Counted from the stretch's first letter, positions 1 to 12,100 are shown. The stretch is DNA of 64,000 bases from Nannocystis bainbridge (GCF_028368995.1 NZ_JAQNDL010000003.1:1760001-1824000), one strand, 5' to 3'. Notes: a model not told the origin generated them from the sequence alone. Made by a program: numbers and translations.

Positions 1-3000
1 ACACCCGGCAGCCAATGCCATGTCTAGTTCACTCTGCAGGTCAAGTGCGTCTAGGAGCTGTCCCTTTCTGTCCTTCCAGACAGACACTCCGTTCCCTGTA
101 AGCTGCAGCGCAAGCGATTCCGCCGTACGCCGTTGTGTCGCCGTAAACACCAGTACCAGCGCCCGCCCCTCACCTGGCGCCTCCTCGCAGAGTTGCCCCG
201 CAAGCACCCGGACGGTCTCATCCGTTGTCGTTGCGAGTTCTTGCTTCGCCGCGTCGCTTACGCGCGGGTCGCCCGAGAACTTCCGCAACAGGCGCAGAAG
301 CGTTACCCTTTCACTCGCAGGGATTTTCTCGTGAAGCCGTGTGATGAGCGGCTCTGGGTCGGCTTCGGCAGCTTCTTCGAGCAGGTCCCCGACTAGGCCG
401 CCATGCACTTCTCGCGCTGGTGAGCGTAAGACTCGTTGAAGTAGCGGCGCATACACTGAGCGACCTGGCAAAGCCACCAGCAGCCGAGTTACCTCGATCC
501 ACCACGTGTCGTCTCCTCTGTCGAGATGCCGAACGAGCATGTCGAGCGGCAGTTCGGTCGTCTCGTCGTCGCGCTTCTCTCCGACCGCGGCGATGTGCGC
601 TGCTGCAAGAAACTCTTGCACCCCGAGGTGAAAGAACCCGAAGTGCTCTGCCGCGAACTCCTTCAGCACTCCCGCGCCGCGGTACAGCCATTCCACTACC
701 GCGAGCCCGTTGTTGCCCGGCTTGCCGAGCGCTCGCAATCGCTGATTTATATGCAGCGCCAGCTTTGCCCGCACCCACGCGTCTCGCTCACCCGACCGGT
801 GCAGCTCGAACGCCAGGGAACGCAGCACCGCCATCGCAGAGTCGAAATCAAGCGGCGCTATCTGCTGTTTCGATTGCCCCCAGCGCAAGAGAAGGACTCG
901 TAGGCACTCCTCGTAATAGGCGGCGCGGTTGCGCGGCATCTCGCGCCCCTGGTTGACGATCACGCATAGCAGGGTCAACAGCAGTGGTGTGCTGACCATT
1001 ACTTTAAGCCGCTGACTCGAGAACCCTGGGCTCTCGATCGCGGCGATCAATCCCCCCGCTCGTGCCGCGGCCTCGACCGCCGAAACCGATGTCATCACGC
1101 GCCCAGCTTCCTCGAACCACAGCTGCACCAATGTTCGAACCTGCTCGGGGCTGAGCGGCCGCAGGTCGAGCCGTGCGAAACGCTTGTCGAGTCGTACATC
1201 TTTGCGATAACCGGCGTGGCGGCACGACACCACGGCGCGCACATCCACGGCCTCGGAACCGCTGAGTTGAACCATGAGCTGCTTGCATAGTTCTGCTCGC
1301 AGCGCCTCGTCGGCGATCTCATCGAGCCCGTCCGCTAGCAGGAGCAGGCGCCCGTGTCGCCACAGCTCGGCGCCAAGCGCCGCCGGCAGTTCGCCGCCCG
1401 AACGCTCGACGAGTTCGTCGGAGAGCCATCCCGCGAGCGACTGCCCGACCCGGTCCGTGTGGAAGCGGCGCAGCCGGAGCGCCACCGGCACCACACCATC
1501 CCGCAGCCCCAGCGCCTTGCCGCCTTCGCGCACGCACCGGTGCAGCAACTTGTGCAACGCCGTCGTCTTGCCCGACCCCGGTGACCCCAGAATTAGTGCG
1601 TGCGGCGTCTCGAGCTTTTGGAAGAGCGCGTCGACCTCGAACTCACAGCAGGCTAGCGCCTCGTGTGCGAGTTCGGCGCGCTCTTGTGGCGCCCTTCGGG
1701 TCCACGTACCGTCAACGCTGCGATCGCCCCGTCGACCAGACGACTTGCGCTCATGCTCGCTATGTGCCTTCGGTCGTCGCCGGCCCTCCTGCAGGTCTAT
1801 ATCTCCCGACCCGAATGCATCGTGCTCAGCATTCGCCAGCGTTTGCACGCGCAGCGGCACGTACACCGAGTCGAGGTCGAGCTGCATGTCGCCGCCGCCG
1901 ACACCGATCAGCTCGACCCCTTGCCTTTGTCGCAAGAGCCATGTCCGATACGCCAGAATTGCCGCTGGCTCGCCGACGCTAGCAGCGGCCGGGCTCACCG
2001 CGATCGGCCCCGACGATCGCGGTGGTACATAGGCTCTGCCGTCGCCTTTGCGCAGCAAAACCCCACCTGCATCGTTCCAGTGGAAGAAGGGGTCGCGCTC
2101 GAACGCCCCGACTCCGTCCCCCTTGCGCAGCCACCTCAACGGCCATGCCCGTAGGTCCCCAGTACTTTCGAGCTGCCCCCACGTATAGCCGAAGAGCCGC
2201 GACTCGTGCTTAGTGCCGTACTGTTCGAGGCCGAACAGCGACGGTGCCTGATAGAAGCAGCGTGGCGCACCGCCAAAGTGCGCCAGGTTTACTGCGCCGG
2301 CCTCGTGCATGTGCCCGTGGAGGCAGGCGACGAAGCGATCGCCAGGGTAGATGCTCCCATCGAAGTCCTGCCGGCTTGACTTCGACAGCCAGTTCCGCGG
2401 ATGGTGCATGAGCAGCAGCGCCCGGTGTACCGAGGTGAGTGCCGTCAGCGGCGAGTGCCCTGCAGTCCGCGGCAGCGACGCCTGAAACTGCTCAACTGGC
2501 ACCGCCAGTTTCTCCGCGTAATCGCCGCTATGGACCTGCAACCACGCCGAGTTGAGTCCGATGACTCCCAGCGGAAACCGACCCGGCAGCGCCACTTGCA
2601 GCCAGAAATCACCGGGAAAAAATGACGCGTGTAGCTTCACCCCTGGTCGAATGGCCTGCGGTTTGACATAATGGTCGAACCATTCGACATAGTTCGCAAA
2701 CAGAGGTTTAATGAACGACGCATCCGATGCCTCCCAAAGATCGTCCATCACTGCCGCAACATCCGGATCTCCACGACCCAGCTCGTAGTCGCGGAGCACG
2801 CGATACGTCAATGCCTCGCGCTTGACTGGTCGCGCCAGATCGTGATTGCCTGGCACCGGCACGATGAGCGGCGGCAGGCCATCCTCGGCTCTCGGCAACT
2901 TCGCTAGGAGCGACTCGAGAAACTGTGTTAGCTGTTCGAACTCCTCACGCGCACCGCGGTTCGTCAGGTCACCTGTCAAGAGGACCATATCTGGTGCCCC

Positions 3001-3153
3001 GAGCCTGCCGAGCTCGATGTCGAGGCTGCGCCAGAAATCTTCGAGCACTTGCCACCACTGGGCCTCTCCGCGCCCCCCGACATGCAAGTCCGATAGGTGC
3101 AGCCACCGTATCGGTCGCGCGCCGACCGCCGGCACCGAGTTCGTGGGGTTCAC
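1..3153 (-). CDS. Calcineurin-like metallophosphoesterase fused to NACHT/STAND NTPase (partial, 3' end outside window)
   Basis: Manual translation from GTG at 3153 (GGAAGGAG RBS upstream): WLHLSDLH, LLTGDLT, VPGNHD, LMHHP, LHGHMH (MPE motifs), then Walker A GSPGSGKTT (about 1561-1587), Walker B LLLLADGLDE, TPLLL and FFHLGVQEFLAA. Missing from the ORF track, consistent with no stop inside the window. Confidence 0.9.
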   Translation of the reverse strand, partial: MNPTNSVPAVGARPIRWLHLSDLHVGGRGEAQWWQVLEDFWRSLDIELGRLGAPDMVLLTGDLTNRGAREEFEQLTQFLESLLAKLPRAEDGLPPLIVPVPGNHDLARPVKREALTYRVLRDYELGRGDPDVAAVMDDLWEASDASFIKPLFANYVEWFDHYVKPQAIRPGVKLHASFFPGDFWLQVALPGRFPLGVIGLNSAWLQVHSGDYAEKLAVPVEQFQASLPRTAGHSPLTALTSVHRALLLMHHPRNWLSKSSRQDFDGSIYPGDRFVACLHGHMHEAGAVNLAHFGGAPRCFYQAPSLFGLEQYGTKHESRLFGYTWGQLESTGDLRAWPLRWLRKGDGVGAFERDPFFHWNDAGGVLLRKGDGRAYVPPRSSGPIAVSPAAASVGEPAAILAYRTWLLRQRQGVELIGVGGGDMQLDLDSVYVPLRVQTLANAEHDAFGSGDIDLQEGRRRPKAHSEHERKSSGRRGDRSVDGTWTRRAPQERAELAHEALACCEFEVDALFQKLETPHALILGSPGSGKTTALHKLLHRCVREGGKALGLRDGVVPVALRLRRFHTDRVGQSLAGWLSDELVERSGGELPAALGAELWRHGRLLLLADGLDEIADEALRAELCKQLMVQLSGSEAVDVRAVVSCRHAGYRKDVRLDKRFARLDLRPLSPEQVRTLVQLWFEEAGRVMTSVSAVEAAARAGGLIAAIESPGFSSQRLKVMVSTPLLLTLLCVIVNQGREMPRNRAAYYEECLRVLLLRWGQSKQQIAPLDFDSAMAVLRSLAFELHRSGERDAWVRAKLALHINQRLRALGKPGNNGLAVVEWLYRGAGVLKEFAAEHFGFFHLGVQEFLAAAHIAAVGEKRDDETTELPLDMLVRHLDRGDDTWWIEVTRLLVALPGRSVYAPLLQRVLRSPAREVHGGLVGDLLEEAAEADPEPLITRLHEKIPASERVTLLRLLRKFSGDPRVSDAAKQELATTTDETVRVLAGQLCEEAPGEGRALVLVFTATQRRTAESLALQLTGNGVSVWKDRKGQLLDALDLQSELDMALAAGC

Positions 3154-3606
3154 TTGCGCTCCTTCCAATGAGAAAGGCCCCGCTGTTCCGGGTTGTTGAA
3201 GGGCCCAGACAAAAATGCGTGGAGGGGATCCCCGTTCATGTTCGCCCCATGATCGCCGATGGCCTCTGCGCCAACAAGCCCTGCGAGGTGCGGGTTCTGG
3301 GGCAGCGCACAGTTCTCACAGGGCCTGCACCTCCGCGGAGCCGGCGCCGAAGAACCTCCGAAACCCGAAGCCGGACGACCAGCGTCAACTGCGCGAGACT
3401 TGGGCGTGGTAGGGGTCAGTTCGGATCTCTTCGTCGACTTTTGCACGCCATCAGGGCCGAGCGCCGCGGTCTTGGCCGCCGCCCGAGCGCGCCCGCTCGC
3501 GTTCGTCAGCGCCGCCACCGGTCCACCACACGAGCACCCCCGCCGCTTCTCGCGCAGACGCTCGAGAGCCGAGCCTCCGCCCGAGAGCCAAGCCTCCGCG
3601 CGTTCG

Positions 3607-5871
3607 TCAGCGACGTCGCCGGCGCCCGAGCGCCAGCAGCACCAGCGACCCGAACGCCAGCCCCTGCGCTGGATCTCCGGTGCGGCAGCCGCAGCCGCCC
3701 TCGCTGTTCGTGCCGCCGGTCCCGCTGTCCGAGCCCTCGCCGGTGTCGCCCGTCGAAGCCGAGCCTTGCGTCGCCCCGGTGCCGCCCGGCCCCCCGCCGG
3801 TCCCGCCGGTGGTCGGCGCCTCGCCCGTGGTCGCGTCGGTGCCCCCGCTCGTATCGCCGCCCGTGCCCTCGGTCCCCTCGGTCCCGGCGGTGGTCGGATC
3901 GTCGGTGTCGCTGCTGCCGCTGTCACTGTCGGTCTCGCCGCTCATCGACTCCCACTTCTTGGCCCGGATCACCCGCGTGATCGCCACGTCCGGGCTGCGC
4001 GGGTCGTCGTCGGCGATGACGACGCGGATCCAGTGGGCCTCCTCGTCCGGCATCACGAACGCGAGGTCGAGTCCGGCGCCCGCCGGCGCGCCGTCGACTG
4101 TCCACGCGATCGTCACAGGATCGTCGTCGGCGTCGATCGCCTCGACGTGGAGCCCGACGACGTCGCCGACGTCGGCGAACGGCGCCGGCTCGGACGGCGT
4201 CAATGCGGTGACCTCGGGCGGAGCGTTGGCGACGGTCACGTCGACGAGGACATACGCATAATCGACGAGCTTGCCGTCGCTGACGCGCACGCGCACCAGC
4301 TGCACACCGGGCGCGGTCGGCACGTAGTCGGCGAGCGCGGCGGCGGCGTCGTCGAACTCGCCGTCGAGGTCGAGGTCCCAGGCGTAGGTGAGCGCGGCCT
4401 GCGGGTCGAAATGCGCGGTCTGGGCGGTGAGCTGGACCGGCTCGCCGACCTTGCCCGGCGCCGGCGCGGCGACGGTCAGCTTCGGCCCGGGCCGCAGCAC
4501 CCCGGCCTCGTTCTCGGCGATCGCCGCGTCGGCCTGGGCCACGAGGTCGAGCAAAGCTGGCTTGAAGGCCAGGTAGCTGCCGCGCGCCCGCTCGACCAGC
4601 GCGCCGTAGGTCAGGTCGTCGTCGACCGGCGCCCAGCCCTGCATCACCGCCACCGCCTCGGCGATCTCCGTGTCCGACAGCCCGAACGAGCGCAGGAAGG
4701 CGGTGTCGCCGGCCGACGGCCCGCCGTCCTTGAAGCCCTGCAGCGCGGCGTTGAAGCTGTCCTTGGCGTAGCCGGCGTCGGCGATCCCGGCGCCGACGAG
4801 GTGAGCCTCGAAGGCGTCGGCCGCGGCCACCAGCCGCTCGCCCGCGGCGATCGCCAGCTCGGCGTAGGCCTTGACCTTCTCCGACTGGATCAGCATCCCG
4901 AGGCCGTTGCCGGCCGCGAACGCGCCCTGGGCCTTCTCCATGCTCGGCACCAGCGAGGTGTACGCGGCGCTCTGCAGCGCGATCAGGTTGGCGAGCTCGA
5001 CCTGCCCGCGCGCGAACGGGTGCTCGGCGCCCGGCGTGGCCGGGAACCCGAGCCCCACGATCTCGCCGACGTCGAGCGCCACCGGGGCCGCAAAATCCGG
5101 GTCCGGCGGGTCGGCGATGATGGCGTAGAACTTCTTCTCGAGCGAGTCGGCGATCCCGTTCAAGATCTTGTTGCCGATCGTGATCACCGCCGAGTTGTAC
5201 GAGGTCGGACAGTCGGTCCCGGTCGCGTTGCAGTAGATGCCGAGCAGCCCGCCCGCGATCCCGCCGCCCTGACCGAAGCCGATCGACCAGTCGACCACCG
5301 TCGAGATCGAATCGATCGCCGCCAGCGTCGAGGTGAGGATACGGATCCCCAGCGCCATCTCGACGCCCTTGACCGCCTCGGCCTTGATCATCGTCGGATC
5401 GACGCTGTAGACCAGCGGCGCGGTGCTGACGGTGAAGGCGAGGCCGGTCCGCAGGTCCTTGCCCGGATCGAACGGCGCGCCGTCGTCGAGCCAAAACGGG
5501 TGATTGTCGATCACGAACTCGTACTGCCCGCTCTTGAGCGGCGGCAACCACACGTACTCGTCGATGAAGCCGCCGGCGCCGAGCGTGGCGATGATGTAGT
5601 TGGGCGCGCCGGAGGCGTCGGCGAACGGGCTCGCGCTGCCGAGCGGGATGACGTAGATGTACGCCTCGGCGAAGATCTTGCTCGGCGGGACATAGTCGAG
5701 GTCACCCGTGACGCACACCGCGTCGCCCTTGTTGTAGACGTTGGTAAAGTCGAGGTTGCAGTCGGAAGCGACGACCTGCTGCGCCGCGGCCCCGCGCGGG
5801 ACGACGAGGCCCGCCGCAGCGACGAGGATCGTCATGCAGGTCGAAAGACAGGAGATCCGGCGAGAGGACAT
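3607..5871 (-). CDS. Secreted surface protein with PKD-like domain and MYXO-CTERM sorting signal
   Basis: Signal peptide, YAWDLDLDGEFDD PKD-like motif, Thr/Gly/Ser linker, C-terminal GCGC + hydrophobic stretch + RRRRR. Start may be 5835. Confidence 0.85.
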   Translation of the reverse strand: MSSRRISCLSTCMTILVAAAGLVVPRGAAAQQVVASDCNLDFTNVYNKGDAVCVTGDLDYVPPSKIFAEAYIYVIPLGSASPFADASGAPNYIIATLGAGGFIDEYVWLPPLKSGQYEFVIDNHPFWLDDGAPFDPGKDLRTGLAFTVSTAPLVYSVDPTMIKAEAVKGVEMALGIRILTSTLAAIDSISTVVDWSIGFGQGGGIAGGLLGIYCNATGTDCPTSYNSAVITIGNKILNGIADSLEKKFYAIIADPPDPDFAAPVALDVGEIVGLGFPATPGAEHPFARGQVELANLIALQSAAYTSLVPSMEKAQGAFAAGNGLGMLIQSEKVKAYAELAIAAGERLVAAADAFEAHLVGAGIADAGYAKDSFNAALQGFKDGGPSAGDTAFLRSFGLSDTEIAEAVAVMQGWAPVDDDLTYGALVERARGSYLAFKPALLDLVAQADAAIAENEAGVLRPGPKLTVAAPAPGKVGEPVQLTAQTAHFDPQAALTYAWDLDLDGEFDDAAAALADYVPTAPGVQLVRVRVSDGKLVDYAYVLVDVTVANAPPEVTALTPSEPAPFADVGDVVGLHVEAIDADDDPVTIAWTVDGAPAGAGLDLAFVMPDEEAHWIRVVIADDDPRSPDVAITRVIRAKKWESMSGETDSDSGSSDTDDPTTAGTEGTEGTGGDTSGGTDATTGEAPTTGGTGGGPGGTGATQGSASTGDTGEGSDSGTGGTNSEGGCGCRTGDPAQGLAFGSLVLLALGRRRRR

Positions 5872-6378
5872 GGAAGCACCTTAGCCATTCACCCGAGGCG
5901 AAGGCGCGCACGCACCGGACGATCGACGGCCTGTTCCGCGCAGCGACGCGAAAATTCATGAAGTCCCAGTCGGACGACAGAGCACGACGGCCATCCGCGC
6001 GCACGTTCCTGTCGACCGCGAAAGCCACCCAGGCTGCCTGTGCGGATAGCTGCTCGTTTCGCCGCGAGCGTTGACGAACGACACGCCGGTCCGGTCGACG
6101 CCCTGAAGATTCACTCCTCGGCGAGGTGCTCGCAGGCGGATGGCCGCGGGCTCACGAGGCATTCGATCCGAAAGACTGCAGATTGCCACCACGACGACAA
6201 GCTGCAGTGGATGCAGGTACCGGGCTCTGCTGCTCCGCTGTGGTGATCCCTCGCACCTTTCCAAACCACTTGCGGCGATCGATGAGATGCTGTACTGCGG
6301 TCACCGCGCGCCCCATGTCGAGGCGGGTTCGATACGCGAGCCCGACTCGGGTCAAATCAAACGAGTAGAGGTCTTGTC

Positions 6379-6921
6379 ATGACGATGGATCTGCAGGTCA
6401 AGAAGTTCAATTACGTGTTCACATGGTTCGACCAGAACCGCGACGGATGGCTCACCCGAGACGACTTCGAGAAGATCGCTGAGGTCTTCACCGCGGTGGC
6501 TGACGAGGACGACCACAAGAACAAGGCAGCCATGACGAGGGCCTTCATGCACTGGTGGGACCTCCTGCTGGCGGCCAGCGATGGCACGCCGGGCGAGAAG
6601 ATCGGGAATGCAGAATTCCTCCGCATCATGCACTCCAGCATCATCGCCCCGCAAAACTTCGAGAACGCCGTGGGCGGCATCGCCGACGGGCTCATCGCGG
6701 CCCTCGACCGCGACGGCAATGGCAGCCTCTCGCGAGAAGAATACGTGCGCATGTACGACGCGCTGGGCGTGCCCCCGACGACCTCGACCGAAGCGTTCAA
6801 ACGGCTCGATCGCGACGGCAGCGGAGAGATCAGCTATGCCGAGTTCCGGCAGGCGATCGTCGAATTCTACCTGAGCGTGGATCCGAACGCGCCGGGCAAC
6901 TGGCTGCTCGGCGCCACGTGA
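6379..6921 (+). CDS. EF-hand calcium-binding protein (calerythrin-like)
   Basis: EF loops DQNRDGWLTRDD, DRDGNGSLSREE, DRDGSGEISYAE; C-terminal PGNWLLG. Confidence 0.9.
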   Translation: MTMDLQVKKFNYVFTWFDQNRDGWLTRDDFEKIAEVFTAVADEDDHKNKAAMTRAFMHWWDLLLAASDGTPGEKIGNAEFLRIMHSSIIAPQNFENAVGGIADGLIAALDRDGNGSLSREEYVRMYDALGVPPTTSTEAFKRLDRDGSGEISYAEFRQAIVEFYLSVDPNAPGNWLLGAT

Positions 6922-7314
6922 TACGGCGCTGCTGGCACCGAGCACGGTCAGCCCCCGCTCGGTGATGCGCTCGAGCGCGTTCGCTTCCCGACGAGCACCG
7001 TCGCCGGGCGCGCGCGTGTCCGCCTCACGCTCGATGAAGCGCTCACGTATTCGGCGTTCGCCCCCGTCATACATCCTGGATCACTGCGACGAATCCTCGA
7101 CCGTGTGACCGCGAGCCAATCGCATGACCGCGATCTCCCTCGACCTGGAGTTCATCGCGTGTCCGGCTCGCAGCATCACGCAAGCGGACAGGCGTTCGGG
7201 CCGGCGGGAGCGGGTCCGCGGCCACACCTGCGCCCTCGCAGCGCAACGCGCGCCCCCACGCATCCTACGACCTCGGCAACGCCGCGGGGATATGCCAGGG
7301 TTTCGGCCTCGCGC

Positions 7315-8466
7315 ATGGACCTCGACCCGACGCCCTGCACTCCTGCCGACCTGCTCGTCCTCGACCGGCTGCGCACGCCGACGTGGATCGTCGAGCTCCC
7401 TCAGGCCGCGCGGTGGTGGTGCAACCGCGCCGGCCTGGCGACCTGGAACTCGCCCTCGCTCGCCGAGTGGATCGGTCGCAACGCCCTGCATCCCCCGTCG
7501 GCGGCCACCCTGACGCGCATGGAGAGCCTGCGCCGCCGCTTCGAGCGCGGCGAGGTCGCCACCGAGCGCTGGACCTTTTATCCCGACGGCGCCGGGCCCG
7601 TCGTCGCCGAGTGCCGCGCCTCGGGCATCTTCATCGCCGACGGCCGCGACCAGCCCGCGCGCCTGGCGATGTTGGTCGAGGCGCGCCCGCTCGCCGCCGA
7701 GGAGATCCACCCCGCCGAGCGCCGCGGCTACGAGGCGCTGCGCAACATCGGCGAGCTCGTCTCGTACTACGCCACGAGCGGCGAGGCGCTGCTGCGCAAC
7801 CCGGCGGCGATCCGCGCCCTCGGCGATTCCATCGGCCCCGGCGAGGCCCACGATCAGCTGCTCGCCGGCTTCGCCGACCCGGCCCAGGTCGCGGAGATCC
7901 GCGCCAGCGTGGCCGCCGGCGCCGTCTGGCGCAACGACGCCAGGATCCGCACCACCGGCGGCGAGCGCTGGTACGACACCGAAGCCCGCGCCGTGCTCGA
8001 CCCCGTCACCGGCAACCCCGGCGTGCTCGTCACCCAGCGCGACATCGCCGAGCGCCGCGCCCACGTCGAGGAGCTCGAGCGCAGCCGCGAGCTCCTGGCC
8101 GCCCAGGCCGAGGAGCTGCGCAACCTCGCCGCGCCGGTGATCCGCGTCGGCGACGGCGTGCTCGCGCTGCCGCTGATCGGCAAGCTCGACCGCGAGCGCG
8201 TCGAGGTCGCCCTCGCGGCGCTGATGGAGCGCACCGCCGCCGAGCGGACCGCCCGCGTGGTCCTCGACCTCACCGGCGCCGCCGACGTCGACGACGCCGC
8301 CGCCGAGGGCCTGCTCCGCCTGGTCCGCGTGCTCCGCCTCCAGGGCATCGCCCCGGCCCTCAGCGGGATCCACCCCCGCCTCGTCCACGCGATCCTCGCC
8401 GCCAGCCTCGACCTCGGCGCCGTGCCCTGCTTCCAGACCCTCGAGCACGCGCTGCGCGCGAGGTGA
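7315..8466 (+). CDS. PAS + STAS domain protein (RsbR-like)
   Basis: PAS-like segments, then LAAPVIRV..LPLIGKLD..VVLDLTG..LSGIHP STAS signature. Start taken at MDLDP. Confidence 0.85.
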   Translation: MDLDPTPCTPADLLVLDRLRTPTWIVELPQAARWWCNRAGLATWNSPSLAEWIGRNALHPPSAATLTRMESLRRRFERGEVATERWTFYPDGAGPVVAECRASGIFIADGRDQPARLAMLVEARPLAAEEIHPAERRGYEALRNIGELVSYYATSGEALLRNPAAIRALGDSIGPGEAHDQLLAGFADPAQVAEIRASVAAGAVWRNDARIRTTGGERWYDTEARAVLDPVTGNPGVLVTQRDIAERRAHVEELERSRELLAAQAEELRNLAAPVIRVGDGVLALPLIGKLDRERVEVALAALMERTAAERTARVVLDLTGAADVDDAAAEGLLRLVRVLRLQGIAPALSGIHPRLVHAILAASLDLGAVPCFQTLEHALRAR

Positions 8467-9119
8467 CGTTCCGACAGCTGTCCGCGCGGCGCAGCCGACG
8501 CTCGGGCCCGATTCGTCGATACCGGGGCCTCGCAAATCACGCGACCGTGAAGCGCAGCCAACCTCCGGCGGCGCATATCGCGATTCACAATGTTCATAGG
8601 TCCGGCAGCACCGGTGTCAACATTCACAACGTCGCGGGATATCGGACTCTACACAATCGCCCGCCTCGCCGAGACGCATCACCAGCGATGAAGTCTCGCG
8701 CGATCCCGACGATCACGCGAGCCTGACTCCTCCCAGCGATGCATGGACCCCATCTCGCCGCTCCCTTCATTCTCGCGAACGTCAGCGCGCGGCCGAGCAG
8801 CCCGCATCGTCGATCCCCACGAGCCCGGGCGCCTCGAAGTCAGCCCTGACCCTCGCTCCGGGCCCGGCCCGGCAGATCGCCGAGCTTCGACGTCCTCGAC
8901 TCCAGCGGCCACCGTGCATGACGCTCGCCCCTGTGAACATCGTACGGCGGCCCGTTCACAGCCTGCCGCGCCTGTATGTCCCTGTCCCCCCACCGGCTCC
9001 GCGGCGACCTACGCTGCAGGATTCACTGGTCGACTCGCAACCTCCCCTCCCTCGATCGTGCGACACTCCGCCGCTGGCGGACGCGGCTCGACCTCGCCGC
9101 GCTGCCCTGGAGACACGCC

Positions 9120-12100
9120 ATGGATCCGCACGAAAGTTCCGACTCGATCGATCCGCGCCTTGAAGCATTCGTCGCCAGCGTCGGCGCCCTCGCCGACCTC
9201 CTCCGCGCCGACGACCTCGATCCCTCCCCGCTGCGCAACGACTGGGGCGCCCACGAAAGGCAGCTCGGCGAGGTCCGTCGCCTCGTCCAGACCGAGATCT
9301 TGCCTGCCGCCGAGGCTGCGCTCGCTGCCGCCGCCGAGGCTGACGGCCCGCGTATTCGTCAGTTCTGCGCCGACGTGCTGGGCGACGCCGCCGGTCTCCT
9401 CTACGCCGCCCGCGAGCAGGACGCCGCCCGCACCACCGTCGCCGCCGCTGCCCGGCTCGGCGCCGGCACCGAGGCTGGCACGCTCGCCGCCGAGGGCGTC
9501 CGCGACCTCGAGAACTTCGCCCAGCTCATTCGCGCCTGGTGGCTCTTGCGTCACAAGCGGCGCGACGAGGCCCGCCAGCTCGCGCGCAGGCTCATCGGCC
9601 TCGCCCTGCTGCCGACGCTCGTCGCCTCGGCCCGGCTCATCGCCGACGCCCCTGAGCCGCTCAAGAGCGCCCCCGTGCTCTTCTCGCTCAACGGCTGCGG
9701 CGTGCGGGTCCTCGGCGATCGCGACCATCGCAGCGACGGCACCTATGTGACCACCCGCTACGCCACCCTCATCTTTATCCCGCTGTGCCCAGTCGACGCC
9801 TATCGCGTCGCGGCCGCCGAAGACGGCCATTACTTCCTCCACCGCGAGCCGCTCTCGCGCACCACCAAGATCTGGCGCTGGGCCTTCCTCGCCGCGATCC
9901 TGGTCGGCGCGCTCTCGATCGCCGCCACCCAGTACTTCGGCTCCCCCGATTATCGCCTGGGCGCCGCGATCGGTGACATCCAGCGCGAAGAGCCGGGCGC
10001 CGACAGCGAGGCGCTGCTGGCCCGCTACGAGGCCGCGCTCGCCGAGCACCCCGAGGCCAGCGTCGACGCTGCATTGCCCGCGATCGAGGCGATCGTGCGC
10101 CTCGCCACCGCCGACCTCACCGAGCCGCTCACTGTCGACGAGGTCCCGCGGCTCAAGCGGGTCATCCGTCGCTTCGAGGCCCTGCCGCGGCCCTTCCGCG
10201 GCGACGGCGGCACCCGGCCGATGATCGCCCGCATCGAGGCGCTCGCCGCCGGGCTCGGCGAGGGCTCGGACGAGGCCGTCGACGCCCAGATCCGCCTCCT
10301 CACCGACGCCCGTCGCCTGGTCGACGGCGCCGAGAGCGAGCGGCTCGCCGAACGTCAGCAGGCCCTGCGGCTCGCGCTCGCCGGCCGGATCGCCGACGCC
10401 TGGCCGCTGCGGGCCGTCCGGATCTACGCCGCCAGCACCGACGACCCGCAGGCCGTCACCGCCGCCGCACCGCTGATCGTCGGCCTCGACGACGGGCCCG
10501 CGCAGTGGCTCGAGCTCGCCGACGCCATCGAGCGCTGGCTCGGCCCCGCGCGCAAGCAAGGCGGCCTCGGCGACGCGGTGGAGCGGGCCACCGAGCGCCT
10601 GCGAGCCGCTCGCGGCAGCACCACCGATTCGGCGCGCGTCGAGCTGCTCGGCGGCAACGACCTCGAGGCGCTGCGCACCGCCCTCGCCGCCGCGCCCGGC
10701 GATCAGGAGATCGCGATCGCCCTGGCCCAGGCCCAGCGCGGCGCCGGCGAGCTCGAGGCCGCGAACGCGACCCTGGGCGCGCTCGGCAAGCCCGGGCGCC
10801 TCGTGCTCGCCGGTCAGGTCGCGCTCGCCAGCGTGTGGTCCGATCTGGGCCGCGTCGACGAGGCCGAGTCCTTGCTGCGCCAGGTCTTGATCGATCGCCT
10901 CCCGGCCTTCGAGGACGCGCGCGTGGTCTACCTCGAGGCCCGCGCCGAGGAGGCCCAGCGCTTCGTCGACCGCGCCCGCGCCGGCGACCTCCCGTCCGAC
11001 CTCGAGCGCAGCCTCGAACGCGCCTCCGAGCAGGAGCAGGGCGCCATCTTCAGCGAGTGGCTCGAGCAGCAGCTCGGCGACAGCCCCAAGCTCACCCCGC
11101 TGCTCGCCAGTTACACCGCCGCGGCCGACGTCGTGCCGGTCGCGCTGCTGCTCGGCACCATCCAGCTGCAGCGCGCGAGCGGGCTCGAGGGTGACGCTCG
11201 CGCCGCCGCCCTCAACGCCGCCGAGGGCACCTTCCTGTCGATCCAGGCCGAGGCCGAGGGCGTGCCGAGCTATCACCTCGGGCTCGGCGAGATCTACCAC
11301 CGCCTCGGCAAGCGCGACGAGGGCGACCGCGAGTTCGCGGCGCTGCTGGAGGCCAACGACCCGATGGTCGCCCTGAAGGTCGCCCATGCCTACCGCGGCC
11401 TCGGCATGAAGGAGCGCTCGCGCGAGCTCAGCGAGAAGCTCCACGCCGAGTCGCCGTCGCCGGTCAAGGAGCACGCGGCGATGCTGCGCTCGCTGCTCGC
11501 CCCCGGCCTCGAAGAGCAGCGCACGTGGGTCGAGCGCGCCGACCTCAAGGACCCGTCAGTGCGCCGCAAGCTGGCCTCGATCGAGGCCCAGGAGCTGATG
11601 GCCAAGGGCGCCTGGGAGCAGGCCGATCGCAAGCTCGCCGAGGTCCTCGCCGGCTACCTCGCCGAGGCCGAGACCGACAGCAGCTCGGCCAACAACGCCG
11701 CGGTGACCATGCTCGAGCGCTATCACTGCACCGGCGAGCGCCGCATGCTCGACGACGCCGTCGCCGTGCTCGAGAAGAGCCGCCGCCTCGACCCCGACGG
11801 CGCGGTCATCCTCCACAACCTCTCGAGCGCGGTCGAATCACTGGCGGCCGCGACGCTGGTGTCGAAGTGGGTCGACATCCACCGCCTGCCGCTCGACCTG
11901 GGCGACGCGACCGACGTGCTCGAAGCGCTGGGGCGCGGCCGGACCCGCGACGCCTTCCGCAAGCGCGTGCGCGAGGAGCCGCTGGTCCAGCGCGCGCTCG
12001 ACCTCCACCGCCAGACGGCGACCCTCGCCCCGCGCAGCTCCGACCCCCACGAGGGCGACGCCAAATGGCTCGACCTCGCCGGGGACGTCGCGGGCCTGCG

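Noticed and set aside
8580-8965. ATTCACAA direct repeats and a CTGTGAAC/GTTCACAG inverted repeat
   Set aside because: Only two exact copies and one 8-bp stem; plausible regulation but unsupported.
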